A stretch of DNA of 64,000 nucleotides from Candidatus Aminicenantes bacterium (GTDB taxonomy: Bacteria; Acidobacteriota; Aminicenantia; Aminicenantales; JAFGBC01), in assembly GCA_963702005.1 (NCBI GenBank), contig OY969696.1:672001-736000 (forward strand), given 5' to 3'. The notes beneath the pieces are model-generated. The model searched no databases, was not told the DNA's origin, and saw only the letters and a program-made list of their open reading frames with translations. Shown here piece by piece: positions 62,093 to 64,000 of this stretch; within the stretch, counting starts at the first letter, position 1; each line of letters starts with the position of its first letter. The translations under genes were made by a program, and so were the position numbers.

Positions 62093-63295
62093 ATGCCACT
62101 CTACAGCTGGAAAGGCACGAACAGGTACGGGGACGAAGTCCAGGGCGAGCGAATGGCGGCTACCCAGGATGAACTCCTCAGGACGCTCCAGAAAGAGCAG
62201 ATCACGGTCTCGAACGTCACCATTAAAAGGCGGGGCTTCTCGATCCCCTTTATTAAGCGGGAGAGGGTCAAGCTCAAGGAGTTGGCCATCTACAGCCGCC
62301 AGCTCTCGGTCCTGATCGACGCCGAGCTCCCCCTCATCCAGAGCCTCAACATCCTGACCGAGCAGACCCGAAACAAGTATTTCAAGGGGATCATCGCCCA
62401 GGTCCGGGAGGACGTCGAGGCCGGCTCTTCCTTGAACCAAGCCAAGCGCAAGCATCCCAAAGCCTTCGACGACCTCTACTGCAACCTGATCGCTTCGGGC
62501 GAACAGAGCGGCTCCCTCGACATCATGCTCCGCCGGCTCTCGGAATTCATCGAGAAGATCGTCCGCCTCCGGTCCAAGGTCCGCCAGGCCATGATCTACC
62601 CCGCCGCCATCATCACTTTCGCGATCGTGGTTGCCATCTTCCTCCTCTGGAAGGTCATCCCCATCTTCGCCTCCATCTTCCAGGAGCTCGGGGCGTCCCT
62701 TCCCTTCCTGACCGTCATCGTCATGAAGCTGAGCAATTTTACCCAGAACTATATCGTTTTCATCTTTCTGGGGCTGATCGGCCTCGTCTTCTCATTCCGT
62801 TATTTTCGGAACTCGCCCCGGGGCCGGGTCATCGTCGACCGGACCCTCCTCCGCATCCCCCTCGTCGGCAAGATCCTGGAGAAGGTCGCCGTGTCGCGGA
62901 TTACCCGGACGTTGTCGACCCTCCTCTCGGGCGGCGTCTCCATGCTCGAGAGTCTCCGGATCACCTCGAGCACGGCCGGGAACGTCATCCTCGAGGGCTG
63001 GGTCATGGAATCCCGCCGCCTGGTCGCCGAGGGCAAGAGCCTGACCGACGGCCTCCGCGAGGCCGGGGCCTTCCCGTTCATGATGACCCAGATGGTCAGC
63101 GTCGGCGAAGCGACCGGAACCCTGGACGAGATGCTCAGCAAGCTGGCCGATTTCTACGACGAGGAAGTGGACACTTCGGTCGCCTCGATGCTGTCGATCC
63201 TTGAGCCCGTCATGCTCATTCTCGTCGGCGGACTCGTCGGGTCGCTGGTCATATCCATGTACCTCCCCATCTTCAGCCTCCTCCAGCAGTTCTAA
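62093..63295 (+). CDS. pilC: Type IV pilus inner-membrane platform protein (GspF family)
   Basis: RQLSVL, GEQSG.L, AMIYP, GEATG.L, EP, YLPIF. Confidence 0.95.
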   Translation: MPLYSWKGTNRYGDEVQGERMAATQDELLRTLQKEQITVSNVTIKRRGFSIPFIKRERVKLKELAIYSRQLSVLIDAELPLIQSLNILTEQTRNKYFKGIIAQVREDVEAGSSLNQAKRKHPKAFDDLYCNLIASGEQSGSLDIMLRRLSEFIEKIVRLRSKVRQAMIYPAAIITFAIVVAIFLLWKVIPIFASIFQELGASLPFLTVIVMKLSNFTQNYIVFIFLGLIGLVFSFRYFRNSPRGRVIVDRTLLRIPLVGKILEKVAVSRITRTLSTLLSGGVSMLESLRITSSTAGNVILEGWVMESRRLVAEGKSLTDGLREAGAFPFMMTQMVSVGEATGTLDEMLSKLADFYDEEVDTSVASMLSILEPVMLILVGGLVGSLVISMYLPIFSLLQQF

Positions 63296-63316
63296 GCCCG
63301 GCCGGAGCCCGGCGCC

Positions 63317-64000
63317 ATGAAGATAGACAGGAAGAGCATTCTTTGGCTCATCATTCTCCGTCTCGTCATCATGGTGACCCTTCTGCTTTCGACGATCATC
63401 ATCCAGTCGGCCGCCCCCTTCTTCATGCCGATCATTCCTTTTTACATCCTCGTCCTCGCCTCGCTCCTCATGTCGGCGGGCTATTTCTTCCTTTACCGCG
63501 TCTCGCGGAACACGACCTTTCAAGCCTATCTTCAGATCATCCTGGACCTCTTCCTGATCACGGGCCTCGTCTACATCTCGGGCGGATTGTCCGGGTCGTT
63601 CTACTTCCTGTACGTTTTTGTCATCCTGGCCGGCGGGGTCATCCTGCCCAAACGGGCGGCCTACCTGGTCGCCGCCCTGGCCGGGATTTGGTTCGGGATG
63701 ATGGTCGACGGCATCTACTACGGCCTCATCCCGAGCTTGAACCCCGATCAGGGCGGGAAAATCGCGCCCGGTTATGTCCTGTTCACGGTGTTGATGGCCT
63801 GGGCCGTCTTCTTCGTCGTCGCCTTCCTGATCGACCACCTGATGCGGAAGCTCCGCCTGGCCGGGGAGAATCTTCGCCTGGCCCAGAAAGAGCTCGAGAT
63901 CAAAGAACGCTTGGCCGCCGCCGGACAGCACGCGGCCACCCTGGCCCATGAGATTCGCAACCCTCTGGCCGCCATCGCCGGCTCGGTCCAGTTCCTGAGG
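63317..64000 (+). CDS. pilS: PilS-like sensor histidine kinase (runs off the window)
   Basis: Read manually: MKIDRKSILWLIILR, multiple TMs with 'SGGLSGSFYFLY', then H-box LAHEIRNPL. Confidence 0.85.
   Translation, partial: MKIDRKSILWLIILRLVIMVTLLLSTIIIQSAAPFFMPIIPFYILVLASLLMSAGYFFLYRVSRNTTFQAYLQIILDLFLITGLVYISGGLSGSFYFLYVFVILAGGVILPKRAAYLVAALAGIWFGMMVDGIYYGLIPSLNPDQGGKIAPGYVLFTVLMAWAVFFVVAFLIDHLMRKLRLAGENLRLAQKELEIKERLAAAGQHAATLAHEIRNPLAAIAGSVQFLR

Overview
GC-rich bacterial chromosomal segment. The mix of Oar-type TonB receptor, Thr-type sulfatase-like proteins, M16/M55/S41 peptidases and a Reg_prop-GGDEF sensor suggests Acidobacteriota/Ca. Aminicenantes (inference only). Most of it is housekeeping or envelope genes: deoC, two diguanylate cyclases, a polyprenyl-sugar glycosylation locus, btuB with a cobalamin riboswitch, an aromatic amino-acid decarboxylase, GH172, ilvE, queCDEF, tatAC, ctpA, rpiB-glyA-purD-purE-mtaB-mutL, two tRNAs and pilB-pilT-pilC-pilS. 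The unusual signal is mainly intergenic. (i) An unannotated 19-codon acidic ORF lies between a strong promoter and an operon of two Ddl-like ATP-grasp ligases plus a GNAT; it is a candidate peptide-modification system or leader peptide. (ii) A Moco riboswitch precedes a BtuF/Fe-B12-fold binding protein. (iii) There are three orphan structured-RNA candidates, one with its own promoter, terminator and anti-Shine-Dalgarno loop. (iv) HUH-transposase elements are dense: a RAYT-like gene with subterminal inverted repeats, dispersed hairpin relatives with tandem end-duplications, an IS200 inserted exactly inside one repeat, and a ~108-bp IS605-type MITE that regenerates its TGAC target (one copy in a -35 box, one in frame in mtaB). 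No CRISPR array, rRNA or prophage is seen.
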